Source: Mobula hypostoma (taxonomy: Eukaryota). From it: a stretch of 64,000 nucleotides of DNA. The stretch is from positions 96,164,001-96,228,000 of the forward strand of contig NC_086107.1 in the NCBI RefSeq assembly GCF_963921235.1, read 5' to 3'. A program made the position numbers and the translations under genes. This document shows, piece after piece, positions 1 through 9,678 of the stretch; the stretch's first letter is position 1, and every line of letters starts with the position of its first letter. A model generated the notes under the pieces. The model did not search any database. It was not told where the DNA came from and saw nothing but the letters and a program-made list of their open reading frames with translations.

Positions 1-411
1 CGCAAGAAAAGGGCAGGGAACCACACAGCCTCTGGTACCCTGTCCTCTTCAGAGGAGGAAGGAGTTGGGGGAGGCCAGCAGCCCCAGCGGAAGAAGCGGC
101 TGGCAGAACAGGTGGAGAGGAGGAGAGAGGAGGGGGAAAGTCTGCTGGCCACCCCCCAAGTACAGGAGGCGGAGAGCAGCAGACACACCGAGCTCCGGGA
201 ATCCGGGAGCAGAGCCACGGTTGGCACCCAGCAGCCGGAAGGGGAAGCAGCCCAGGAAGCCAACAACCCCCCGGGCCCAGAACCAGAACGGCCACACACG
301 GAGGAGTACTACCAGCAGTACCTGAGCCCACAGGAGGTGGAAAACTTCACAAAGGCGGTGGGAATGAAGGCTCAGGATGGCAAGGATGAGGACGGAGTGC
401 AGCCAAAATAA
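1..411 (+). CDS. ORF1 C-terminal part (copy A, partial)
   Basis: Matches the 3' end of the complete ORF1 at 28946-30373 and ends ...DGVQPK*. Confidence 0.9.
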   Translation, partial: RKKRAGNHTASGTLSSSEEEGVGGGQQPQRKKRLAEQVERRREEGESLLATPQVQEAESSRHTELRESGSRATVGTQQPEGEAAQEANNPPGPEPERPHTEEYYQQYLSPQEVENFTKAVGMKAQDGKDEDGVQPK

Positions 412-421
412 GAGACCTACA

Positions 422-3400
422 ATGATGGCAGACCTTAAATTGGCGTGCTTGAATGTGCGAAGTTTGAAGAGTACTGGGCGATGCGTCAGCACGCTCCAGT
501 ACCTGGACACTGTAAAGACCGACGTGACCTTCCTCCAGGAGTGCGGACTACCACATCTCCGTAACTACCGGAGGTGGTCACGGTGGTGGAAAAAAGGTTT
601 GTCTGTGTGGTCGGGGGGCAACGATTGTCGCGCTTCCGGCCTGGGGATTCTGCTACGGGGAGGTAACTTCTCAATCACCCAAGTTAAAGAGGTGGTTGCG
701 GGGCGCCTCCTGGTAGCAGACGTCAAATACCGGGGCACTCCGCTCCGGCTGATCAACGTGTACGCCTCCCCCGTTCGGAGCGAGCGGCTGGCCGTCTTCG
801 AGCAGCTCCCACAGCTGCTGGTGACGTCCCAGCCGGTCGTTCTGGCCGGAGACTTCAACTGCACCATTGATGCGGCTGGAGGACCCGGCAGCGCCGACGG
901 CAGGCTGGACAGTACCTCCAGACTCCTGAGGGAAATAGTAAAGACGGCCAAGCTGCGCGACGCCTTTGGCACCCCCACAGGTGGAGCACAGCCGCAAGCC
1001 ACCTGGACACGGTCGGACGGCTCAGCCCGCTCCCGGATCGACTTCCTCTTCCTGTCAGAGCCCCTCACGGTCAGGTCCACCGACGTCACGCCGGTGTTCT
1101 TCTCTGACCACTGCCTTCTGAGAGCCACCTGTCGCTTACGGGAGGACCAGAAGGCAGGCAGGGGGACGTGGAAGCTGAATGTTAAGCTGCTGACCCCAGA
1201 GAACATCGAGGAACTAGAGAGGGAGTACACAGGTTGGAGAACCTTGAAAGCCTTCTTTGATTCCCCGGTTCACTGGTGGGAAGCCACCAAAGAGAACATT
1301 AAGAGGTTCTTCATCCGCAAGGGTATCCAGAAGGCAAGGCAGGAGCAGAGGGAACTGCGTAAACTCCAGACAGAGTTGCAGCAACTTCTCCTTCTGCAGT
1401 CGAAGGGGGTGGATGTCAGGGAGGAATTGCGAGAGGTGAAGGGCCGGCAAGCCCATAACCTCGCCGCCGAATCCTCCAAGATCATCTTCCGATCAAGGGT
1501 CCAAACCGTGGAGCAGGACGAGACGTGCTCACGCTTCTTCTTCCAAAAGGTGCACAGGGGGAGCTCTGTGATCCACAACCTTAGGGAAGAGGACGGCTCA
1601 GTCGCGTCCTCGCAGACCGACATACTGAGGATCTGCAAGTCCTTCTATGCCGGTCTGTACGACGAAAAGGCCACAGAATCCACAGCCTCCCGCAACTTCC
1701 TGTCGTCTATCACGCAGGTCTTAGACGGCGGCAAGCGGGAGAGTCTGGATCAGCCACTGACCCTGGACGAGCTGACAGGCTCCATCCGTTCCTTTGGGTC
1801 GGGTAAGACTCCCGGAAGCGACGGCTTACCGGCTGAGTTGTACTCGGCTCTGTGGAACTGGATAGGCCCAGACCTGCTGGAAGTGTACAATGCTATGCTT
1901 CTGGCCGGCAGGATGTCTGAGTCCATGAGGAAGGGCATCATCACCCTCATCTACAAGCAGAAGGGGGAAAGAGAGGACATTAGAAATTGGAGACCCATCT
2001 CTCTCCTGAATGTGGACTACAAGATCCTGTCCAAGGCTATCGCCAACAGGGTCAAGTCTGCTCTGGGACAGGTGATCCACCCAGACCAAACCTGTGCTGT
2101 ACCAGGCAGGAAGATCTCAGACAGCCTCGCGCTGCTGAGGGACACCATCGCCTACGTGCAGGACAGGAGGGTGGACGCCTGCCTGGTCAGCTTGGACCAG
2201 GAGAAAGCCTTCGACAGGATATCGCACACGTACATGGCGGACGTGCTCTCCAAAATGGGATTTGGGGAGGGAATCCGGAATTGGATCAGACTGCTCTACA
2301 CAGACATCCGTAGTGCAGTCCAGGTCAACGGGTGGGAAACAGACAGCTTCCCCATCAGGTCTGGAGTCAGGCAGGGCTGTCCCCTCTCCCCTGTCTTGTT
2401 TGTCTGCTGCATAGAACCCTTTGCGGAAGCCATTAGGAGGGATGAGGGCATAAGAGGGGTGACGCTGCCAGGCAGTGGAGGGACCCAAGTGAAAACCTCC
2501 CTGTACATGGACGACGTCACCGTCTTCTGCTCTGATCCGAGGTCAGTTCGCAGGTTGATTGGCACCTGCGAACAGTTCGAGCTGGCGTCGGGGGCCAGGG
2601 TCAACCGCACGAAGAGCGAAGCCATGCTCTTCGGCAACTGGCCCGACCGATCCAGCGTCCCCTTCAACGTCAGGTCTGACCACGTGAAGGTGTTGGGGAT
2701 ATGGTTCGGAGGGGCGGAGGCGTGCAACAAGAACTGGCAGGAGCGGACTGCCAAGGTGAAACAGAAACTGGGACTGTGGGGAGGGCGCTCCCTGTCGATA
2801 ACGGGCAAGAACCTGGTCATCAGGTGTGAGGTGCTCTCAGGGCTGCTGTACTTGGCGCAGGTCTGGCCCGTCCCCCGCTCCTACAGCTCGGAAATCACCC
2901 GGGCTGTCTTCAGATTCGTCTGGGGATCCAAGATGGAGCGGGTGGGACGGACCGCCATGCACAAGTCCCTGGACAACGGGGGCAAGAACGTCCCCAATGT
3001 CGCCCTCACCCTGATGGCCAGCTTCGTATGTGGCTGCATCAGGTTGTGTGTAGAGCCCAGGTATGTGGGCACCAAGTACCGCTACGTGCCCAGGTTCTAC
3101 TTGTCGCCCTGGCTACGAAGGATGGGTCTGGCCCCACTCCCGCGCAACGCCCCAGTCAGCTGGTCGTTGCCGGCATACCTGTCCTACGTAGCAAAGTTCT
3201 TCCAGGAGAACGCCTTTGACCACAGGGCCATCAGGCAGTGGTCGGCACGTAGTGTCCTGCAGGCACTGCAGGAGAAGGACGTGATGGACACAGTGGGGTG
3301 GTTCCCGGAGCAGACTGTCCAGTTCATCTGGCAAAATGCCTCATCGCCAGATCTAACCAACAGGCACCAAGACCTCGCCTGGCTGGCGGTGAGAGGGGCC

Positions 3401-3835
3401 CTCCCAGTCAGAGCCCTCCTGTACGCCCGGAACGTCGTCTCCGCACCCCATTGCCCACGGGAGGACTGCAGTGAGGAGGAGTCTGTGACCCACCTCTTTG
3501 CACACTGCCAGTTCGCAAAGAGGGTGTGGAGGAGGATGGATGGGCTAGTGTCACGGTTTATCCCCAGCAGCTGCGTAACAGAGGACTCTCTGATCTACGG
3601 GCTGTTCCCGGGGACACACACGGAGACCAACGTCCGGTGCTGCTGGCAGATCATCAACTCGGTGAAAGATGCTATTTGGTCGGCCCGTAACTTGATGATC
3701 TACCAGCACATGGAGATGTCCGTGGGAGAATGCTGCCGACTGGCACATTCTCGACTGCAGGAGTACGTGCTGAGGGACGCACTGAAACTTGGTGCAGCCA
3801 CCGCAAGGGCCCGGTGGGGAAGGACCACAGTATAG
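422..3835 (+). CDS. ORF2: APE endonuclease + reverse transcriptase + C-terminal CCHC (copy A)
   Basis: APE motifs LNVRS, FLQE, GDFN, SRIDF, SDH. RT motifs PGSDG, WRPISLLNVDYK, DQEKAFD, GVRQGCPLSP, YMDD. C-terminal CPREDC-x7-H-x4-C. The frame is open from 377; the likely start is ATGATG at 422/425, 10 nt after the ORF1 stop. Confidence 0.95.
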   Translation: MMADLKLACLNVRSLKSTGRCVSTLQYLDTVKTDVTFLQECGLPHLRNYRRWSRWWKKGLSVWSGGNDCRASGLGILLRGGNFSITQVKEVVAGRLLVADVKYRGTPLRLINVYASPVRSERLAVFEQLPQLLVTSQPVVLAGDFNCTIDAAGGPGSADGRLDSTSRLLREIVKTAKLRDAFGTPTGGAQPQATWTRSDGSARSRIDFLFLSEPLTVRSTDVTPVFFSDHCLLRATCRLREDQKAGRGTWKLNVKLLTPENIEELEREYTGWRTLKAFFDSPVHWWEATKENIKRFFIRKGIQKARQEQRELRKLQTELQQLLLLQSKGVDVREELREVKGRQAHNLAAESSKIIFRSRVQTVEQDETCSRFFFQKVHRGSSVIHNLREEDGSVASSQTDILRICKSFYAGLYDEKATESTASRNFLSSITQVLDGGKRESLDQPLTLDELTGSIRSFGSGKTPGSDGLPAELYSALWNWIGPDLLEVYNAMLLAGRMSESMRKGIITLIYKQKGEREDIRNWRPISLLNVDYKILSKAIANRVKSALGQVIHPDQTCAVPGRKISDSLALLRDTIAYVQDRRVDACLVSLDQEKAFDRISHTYMADVLSKMGFGEGIRNWIRLLYTDIRSAVQVNGWETDSFPIRSGVRQGCPLSPVLFVCCIEPFAEAIRRDEGIRGVTLPGSGGTQVKTSLYMDDVTVFCSDPRSVRRLIGTCEQFELASGARVNRTKSEAMLFGNWPDRSSVPFNVRSDHVKVLGIWFGGAEACNKNWQERTAKVKQKLGLWGGRSLSITGKNLVIRCEVLSGLLYLAQVWPVPRSYSSEITRAVFRFVWGSKMERVGRTAMHKSLDNGGKNVPNVALTLMASFVCGCIRLCVEPRYVGTKYRYVPRFYLSPWLRRMGLAPLPRNAPVSWSLPAYLSYVAKFFQENAFDHRAIRQWSARSVLQALQEKDVMDTVGWFPEQTVQFIWQNASSPDLTNRHQDLAWLAVRGALPVRALLYARNVVSAPHCPREDCSEEESVTHLFAHCQFAKRVWRRMDGLVSRFIPSSCVTEDSLIYGLFPGTHTETNVRCCWQIINSVKDAIWSARNLMIYQHMEMSVGECCRLAHSRLQEYVLRDALKLGAATARARWGRTTV

Positions 3836-4023
3836 GTTTCTCCACCCGTGGGAGTGGGAGGGGTCGGAGGGCGGGGAGTATACCCCTCAACAATGAAATG
3901 ATGTGGTATAAATACGGATATGTACTGTGTATAATGCAAACGTATGTAAAGGATGAAAAGTTATTGAATGGTTTATTGTATATATTTATTTTTGAATAAA
4001 GTATATTTTGAAATAAAAAAAAA

Positions 4024-4174
4024 ATCTGTTCTTATCAGTTTAATATCTGATACGTCCCTTATCTGGGGACCATATATTAAATTGATTTTTGGAACAGGGA
4101 GATGGAATAGGGGCTTGCTCCGTCCACTCCACGCATCGACCCGGTATTGCAGTGCCTCTGGGAACGGTGCACTC
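4024..4174 (+). pseudogene. RNU2: U2 snRNA 3' portion (nt 38-188), disrupted by copy A
   Basis: ATCTGTTCTTATCAGTTTAATATCTGATACG... with Sm site ATTTTTG, directly after the poly(A). Confidence 0.93.
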
Positions 4175-4690
4175 CCCTTCTGGGGAATTTCAAAGTAGCA
4201 AAGAAAAGGAAAACGACGAAAGCTCCATCAGGCACAGCAGCACAGACAAGCATGCACGCACATGGAGAGAGAGGAGAGAGCTAGCTGCTTGCTCTACACT
4301 TCTCCTGTGTCTGTGTCTGTCTGTCGATACAGCTCACTCACTCACTCACGCCATGGGCAGACAACTCAACAACAGCACGAGCATCATATATCTGGGCCAT
4401 TTGATCAAGCCATTTGATGGCTAAGATCAAGTGCACATCCAGGCTGCAACCAGATCAGGTGCTGCAGGCAAGGCAGCAACTTCATGAGAGATGCCCCTTG
4501 GCATTCATTCCTGAAGCAAACTGCTCAACCGGCACACTCATTCTGATGCCTGCTCACTCGGCAGCTGCCTGCACCAAGCACAGAAGCAGAGTGAAGCGGA
4601 GCGGGCCGAAAGGCCTTTTCTGTCCCGCCACGCTCGCTCCACTTCTCAGGCTCAGGCTTCTCAGCTGCTCCTTGAAGCCAACGGAGGACG

Positions 4691-4747
4691 GGACGGACGG
4701 ACGGACGGGCGGGCGAACGAACGAACGAACGAACGAACGAACGAACG
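4691..4747 (+). repeat. (GGAC)n-(GGGC)n-(GAAC)n compound microsatellite, present in every spacer with variable length
   Basis: Seen directly; GAAC copy number differs between units. Confidence 0.9.
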
Positions 4748-4942
4748 AGGCGAATGAACGAATGATTTCACCAGCAGCCAGCCTGTCGGACAGGCAGGCT
4801 CGTTCAAGTGTGCCAGCAGCCAGGGCTCGTGGACGAGAGGAAGGAAGGGAGGCATCCGATGGAGCCCGGCCACAGAGCAACGGGGCCCGGTGCTGCATCC
4901 TCCCCGCCTGCACCAGACTGCCAAGACTGCTGCTCTCCTGCC

Positions 4943-4968
4943 CAGACAGACAGACAGACAGACAGACC
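4943..4968 (+). repeat. (CAGA)n microsatellite, present in every spacer
   Basis: Seen directly; one extra unit in the last spacer (~58132-58161). Confidence 0.85.
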
Positions 4969-5740
4969 AGCTACAAGCATCACCACCTAGCCATAGCACC
5001 AGCAAAACTCTGCCTACCTGCCCTGGCCTGGCCTGGCCTCCTCTGCTCTGCCCGACCCGACCCGACTCGACTCACAAATCTCCATTGTGATGCGTCTGCC
5101 TGCCCCTGCCCCAGCCCCAAAGCCCCGCCCACCGTTCGAGGCAAGGCAGAGGCACAACCCCCCACTCAGACCTCCCCAATATACATTGGCAGTGCAGTGC
5201 ATCTCCAGCCTCGCTCAAAATCACGTCCCAAACCCCAAAATCACTCAAACCTCTCATGCTTACACGTACCTACTCGGCGTCCAGCTTTGGCGCACGTCTC
5301 CACAAGTGCCACATCCATCCACGTGCCCCTGCTTCACGCACAGCACAGCACTGTGCCTCCCTCCGGCAGGCATTTCGCCGATCCATTTCCTGTTTCACAA
5401 CCAAGGCATAATCAGTACCCCTTTCCTTCCACAGCACAGCGCGCACACGCGCCCGCCCACTCCGCCACCGAGCCATGCCGGCCAAAAACGCACCTGCACA
5501 GCAGTGGGGCACAGGGCCGCCGTCAGCCCGCCACACATTTCCCTCCTTCCCTCCTATTTCTACATCCGTGCACCCACCCCGCTGCAAAACCAGTCAGTCT
5601 GCTCAGGCGTCAGCACAGAGGCATAGTGAAGGGCCTCGGCCCTTCTCCCTTTACTGCCCTCTGTACATGTGACCAGAGCTTGGCAGATCCCTCAGCACTC
5701 CGTGTGCACGTGTGTCTGTGACTCTGTGTCTGTGTGAGAT

Positions 5741-5783
5741 TGAGTGAGTGAGTGAGTGAGTCAGTGAGAGAGAGAGACAGACA

Positions 5784-5836
<53 letters not shown>
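5741..5836 (+). repeat. (TGAG)n-(GA)n-(GACA)n-(CA)n compound microsatellite, present in every spacer with variable length
   Basis: Seen directly; the (CA)n tract is roughly 40-60 bp. Confidence 0.92.
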
Positions 5837-5838
<2 letters not shown>

Positions 5839-6465
5839 ACCCCCATCCACCCTGGTAAAAAAAAGGTGGTGGGGGAGCAGGGGAGAAGACACTGTGTCCA
5901 ATCATAGCCTGTGCAGACGCAAAGTCTGCAGCTTCTGGAGATGAAACAAACTCAATCCACTCAACAATTGTAATTGCACACACGTCAAAATAAAGGCACA
6001 GAGGTGTGAATGGCTGCACTTCAGCCTTCGGCTTGGAGAGCACACCCATTGTTTCTCCTCAGGCACACCTGTAGCTGACATCCTCCTGTTCCCAAACTTG
6101 CCAGGAGGCTTTTCTGCCCGCGGACTTTGGCCACGTCCACAACCCTCGTACCGGTCTTGAGCGTTGCACGTGGCCTCTGCCTTTGTCGCCCGGCGCAGTC
6201 CCATCCGCTCGCTCCCTCCCGGAGAGGGCAGAGCCTCCGAAGGAGACCGTTCAGCTGGATGGATGCGCCGGCCAGCTAGGGCGCGCAAAGCCGAGAGGCG
6301 CGCTCTCTTTGCCGAGTGCAGGGACGCCCTTGAAGGGCCCAGCGGCCTGCTCCCACTCCCCCTGCAGACTCTTGTGCAGACAGGACAGCGTGACCAGCCT
6401 CCCATGACCAGGAGAGCAGTGCAAGTTGAGCCAGCCTCTGAGACCGACCTGGGAGCCGGCAGCCT

Positions 6466-6551
6466 TGACGTAGGCAGTGTGCCAGTGACGTAGGCGCCCA
6501 TAAGTACGGCCCCACTCCCAGATGATTGGTGGATCACTAGCAGCTTTACAT
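6466..6551 (+). promoter_or_regulatory. Putative U2 distal element region (about -270 to -190), repeated in each unit
   Basis: Two TGACGTAGGC CRE-like direct repeats (6466-6475, 6486-6495), an SPH/ZNF143-like CTCCCAGATG, an ATTGG and a degenerate octamer CTTTACAT, at the usual DSE distance. Motif matches are loose. Confidence 0.35.
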
Positions 6552-6672
6552 AGCCTCTGACAACTTGCACTCATGACGGACCAGGTAGGCAACAGCTGTC
6601 CAGCACACCCACCCATCCCAGACAACCTAGGGGAGAGCTGCCAGCGGGCCAGGGCAGCAAGGTCTTTGCCAG

Positions 6673-6692
6673 GCCTCCTGCTTCAATCTAAA
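6673..6692 (+). promoter_or_regulatory. Putative proximal sequence element (PSE) of U2
   Basis: Called mainly by position (-65 to -46). GCCTCCTGCTTCAATCTA only loosely resembles vertebrate PSEs. Confidence 0.3.
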
Positions 6693-6737
6693 CACCAGAG
6701 GCTAGGCAGGATGTAGCCGACTCAAGCGTATGCCTGC

Positions 6738-6925
6738 ATCGCTTCTCGGCCTTTTGGCTAAGATCAAGTGTAGTATCTGTTCTTATCAGTTTAATATCTG
6801 ATACGTCCCTTATCTGGGGACCATATATTAAATTGATTTTTGGAACAGGGAGATGGAATAGGGGCTTGCTCCGTCCACTCCACGCATCGACCCGGTATTG
6901 CAGTGCCTCTGGGAACGGTGCACTC
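6738..6925 (+). ncRNA. RNU2: U2 spliceosomal snRNA (intact)
   Basis: Canonical ATCGCTTCTCGGCCTTTTGGCTAAGATCAAGTGTAGTATCTGTTCTTATCAG 5' end, GTAGTA branch-point recognition sequence, Sm site, loop IV TATTGCAG. The 3' end is approximate. Confidence 0.98.
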
Positions 6926-6937
6926 CCCTTCTGGGGA

Positions 6938-6950
6938 ATTTCAAAGTAGC
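6938..6950 (+). terminator. snRNA 3' box (Integrator processing signal), repeated after every U2 3' end
   Basis: ATTTCAAAGTAGC about 13 nt downstream of the mature end, similar to the GTTTN(0-3)AAARNNAGA consensus. Confidence 0.65.
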
Positions 6951-8542
6951 AAAGAAAAGGAAAACGACGAAAGCTCCATCAGGCACAGCAGCACAGACAA
7001 GCATGCACGCACATGGAGAGAGAGGAGAGAGCTAGCTGCTTGCTCTACACTTCTCCTGTGTCTGTGTCTGTCTGTCGATACAGCTCACTCACTCACTCAC
7101 GCCATGGGCAGACAACTCAACAACAGCACGAGCATCATATATCTGGGCCATTTGATCAAGCCATTTGATGGCTAAGATCAAGTGCACATCCAGGCTGCAA
7201 CCAGATCAGGTGCTGCAGGCAAGGCAGCAACTTCATGAGAGATGCCCCTTGGCATTCATTCCTGAAGCAAACTGCTCAACCGGCACACTCATTCTGATGC
7301 CTGCTCACTCGGCAGCTGCCTGCACCAAGCACAGAAGCAGAGTGAAGCGGAGCGGGCCGAAAGGCCTTTTCTGTCCCGCCACGCTCGCTCCACTTCTCAG
7401 GCTCAGGCTTCTCAGCTGCTCCTTGAAGCCAACGGAGGACGGGACGGACGGACGGACGGGCGGGCGAACGAACGAACGAACGAACGAACGAACGAACGAA
7501 CGAGGCGAATGAACGAATGATTTCACCAGCAGCCAGCCTGTCGGACAGGCAGGCTCGTTCAAGTGTGCCAGCAGCCAGGGCTCGTGGACGAGAGGAAGGA
7601 AGGGAGGCATCCGATGGAGCCCGGCCACAGAGCAACGGGGCCCGGTGCTGCATCCTCCCCGCCTGCACCAGACTGCCAAGACTGCTGCTCTCCTGCCCAG
7701 ACAGACAGACAGACAGACAGACCAGCTACAAGCATCACCACCTAGCCATAGCACCAGCAAAACTCTGCCTACCTGCCCTGGCCTGGCCTGGCCTCCTCTG
7801 CTCTGCCCGACCCGACCCGACTCGACTCACAAATCTCCATTGTGATGCGTCTGCCTGCCCCTGCCCCAGCCCCAAAGCCCCGCCCACCGTTCGAGGCAAG
7901 GCAGAGGCACAACCCCCCACTCAGACCTCCCCAATATACATTGGCAGTGCAGTGCATCTCCAGCCTCGCTCAAAATCACGTCCCAAACCCCAAAATCACT
8001 CAAACCTCTCATGCTTACACGTACCTACTCGGCGTCCAGCTTTGGCGCACGTCTCCACAAGTGCCACATCCATCCACGTGCCCCTGCTTCACGCACAGCA
8101 CAGCACTGTGCCTCCCTCCGGCAGGCATTTCGCCGATCCATTTCCTGTTTCACAACCAAGGCATAATCAGTACCCCTTTCCTTCCACAGCACAGCGCGCA
8201 CACGCGCCCGCCCACTCCGCCACCGAGCCATGCCGGCCAAAAACGCACCTGCACAGCAGTGGGGCACAGGGCCGCCGTCAGCCCGCCACACATTTCCCTC
8301 CTTCCCTCCTATTTCTACATCCGTGCACCCACCCCGCTGCAAAACCAGTCAGTCTGCTCAGGCGTCAGCACAGAGGCATAGTGAAGGGCCTCGGCCCTTC
8401 TCCCTTTACTGCCCTCTGTACATGTGACCAGAGCTTGGCAGATCCCTCAGCACTCCGTGTGCACGTGTGTCTGTGACTCTGTGTCTCTGTGAGATTGAGT
8501 GAGTGAGTGAGTGAGTCAGTGAGAGAGAGAGACAGACAGACA

Positions 8543-8591
<49 letters not shown>

Positions 8592-9490
8592 ACCCCCATC
8601 CACCCTGGTAAAAAAAAGGTGGTGGGGGAGCAGGGGAGAAGACACTGTGTCCAATCATAGCCTGTGCAGACGCAAAGTCTGCAGCTTCTGGAGATGAAAC
8701 AAACTCAATCCACTCAACAATTGTAATTGCACACACGTCAAAATAAAGGCACAGAGGTGTGAATGGCTGCACTTCAGCCTTCGGCTTGGAGAGCACACCC
8801 ATTGTTTCTCCTCAGGCACACCTGTAGCTGACATCCTCCTGTTCCCAAACTTGCCAGGAGGCTTTTCTGCCCGCGGACTTTGGCCACGTCCACAACCCTC
8901 GTACCGGTCTTGAGCGTTGCACGTGGCCTCTGCCTTTGTCGCCCGGCGCAGTCCCATCCGCTCGCTCCCTCCCGGAGAGGGCAGAGCCTCCGAAGGAGAC
9001 CGTTCAGCTGGATGGATGCGCCGGCCAGCTAGGGCGCGCAAAGCCGAGAGGCGCGCTCTCTTTGCCGAGTGCAGGGACGCCCTTGAAGGGCCCAGCGGCC
9101 TGCTCCCACTCCCCCTGCAGACTCTTGTGCAGACAGGACAGCGTGACCAGCCTCCCATGACCAGGAGAGCAGTGCAAGTTGAGCCAGCCTCTGAGACCGA
9201 CCTGGGAGCCGGCAGCCTTGACGTAGGCAGTGTGCCAGTGACGTAGGCGCCCATAAGTACGGCCCCACTCCCAGATGATTGGTGGATCACTAGCAGCTTT
9301 ACATAGCCTCTGACAACTTGCACTCATGACGGACCAGGTAGGCAACAGCTGTCCAGCACACCCACCCATCCCAGACAACCTAGGGGAGAGCTGCCAGCGG
9401 GCCAGGGCAGCAAGGTCTTTGCCAGGCCTCCTGCTTCAATCTAAACACCAGAGGCTAGGCAGGATGTAGCCGACTCAAGCGTATGCCTGC

Positions 9491-9678
9491 ATCGCTTCTC
9501 GGCCTTTTGGCTAAGATCAAGTGTAGTATCTGTTCTTATCAGTTTAATATCTGATACGTCCCTTATCTGGGGACCATATATTAAATTGATTTTTGGAACA
9601 GGGAGATGGAATAGGGGCTTGCTCCGTCCACTCCACGCATCGACCCGGTATTGCAGTGCCTCTGGGAACGGTGCACTC
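9491..9678 (+). ncRNA. RNU2: U2 snRNA (intact)
   Basis: Same sequence as 6738-6925. Confidence 0.98.

Larger units (their letters stand above)
1..4023 (+). mobile_element. Tx1/Keno-like non-LTR retrotransposon copy A (5' part outside window), inserted in U2
   Basis: ORF1 C-terminus, complete ORF2, 3'UTR with AATAAA (3995-4000) and poly(A), followed directly by U2 nt 38 onward. Confidence 0.95.

Noticed and set aside
4089..4424. 111-aa ORF overlapping U2
   Set aside because: Overlaps the snRNA gene, starts at TTG, and is broken in the 15004 unit
4604..4620. GGCCGAAAGGCC GNRA hairpin resembling hammerhead stem II
   Set aside because: The flanking CTGANGA and GAAA catalytic core is absent on both strands
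5626..5646. GAAGGGC-CTCG-GCCCTTC hairpin resembling a minimal hammerhead of Penelope-like repeats
   Set aside because: No CTGATGA upstream or GAAAC downstream; only a 7-bp hairpin
4414..5721. 435-aa ORF (and its 319/115-aa fragments) in the spacer
   Set aside because: It runs through microsatellites, its frame is broken in most units by changes in GAAC copy number, it starts at a non-ATG codon, and it has no recognisable domain
5902..6570. 222-aa minus-strand ORF and other short spacer ORFs repeated in each unit
   Set aside because: Recurrence only reflects array homogenisation. These are GC-rich chance ORFs, and the 222-aa ORF is frameshifted in the last unit.
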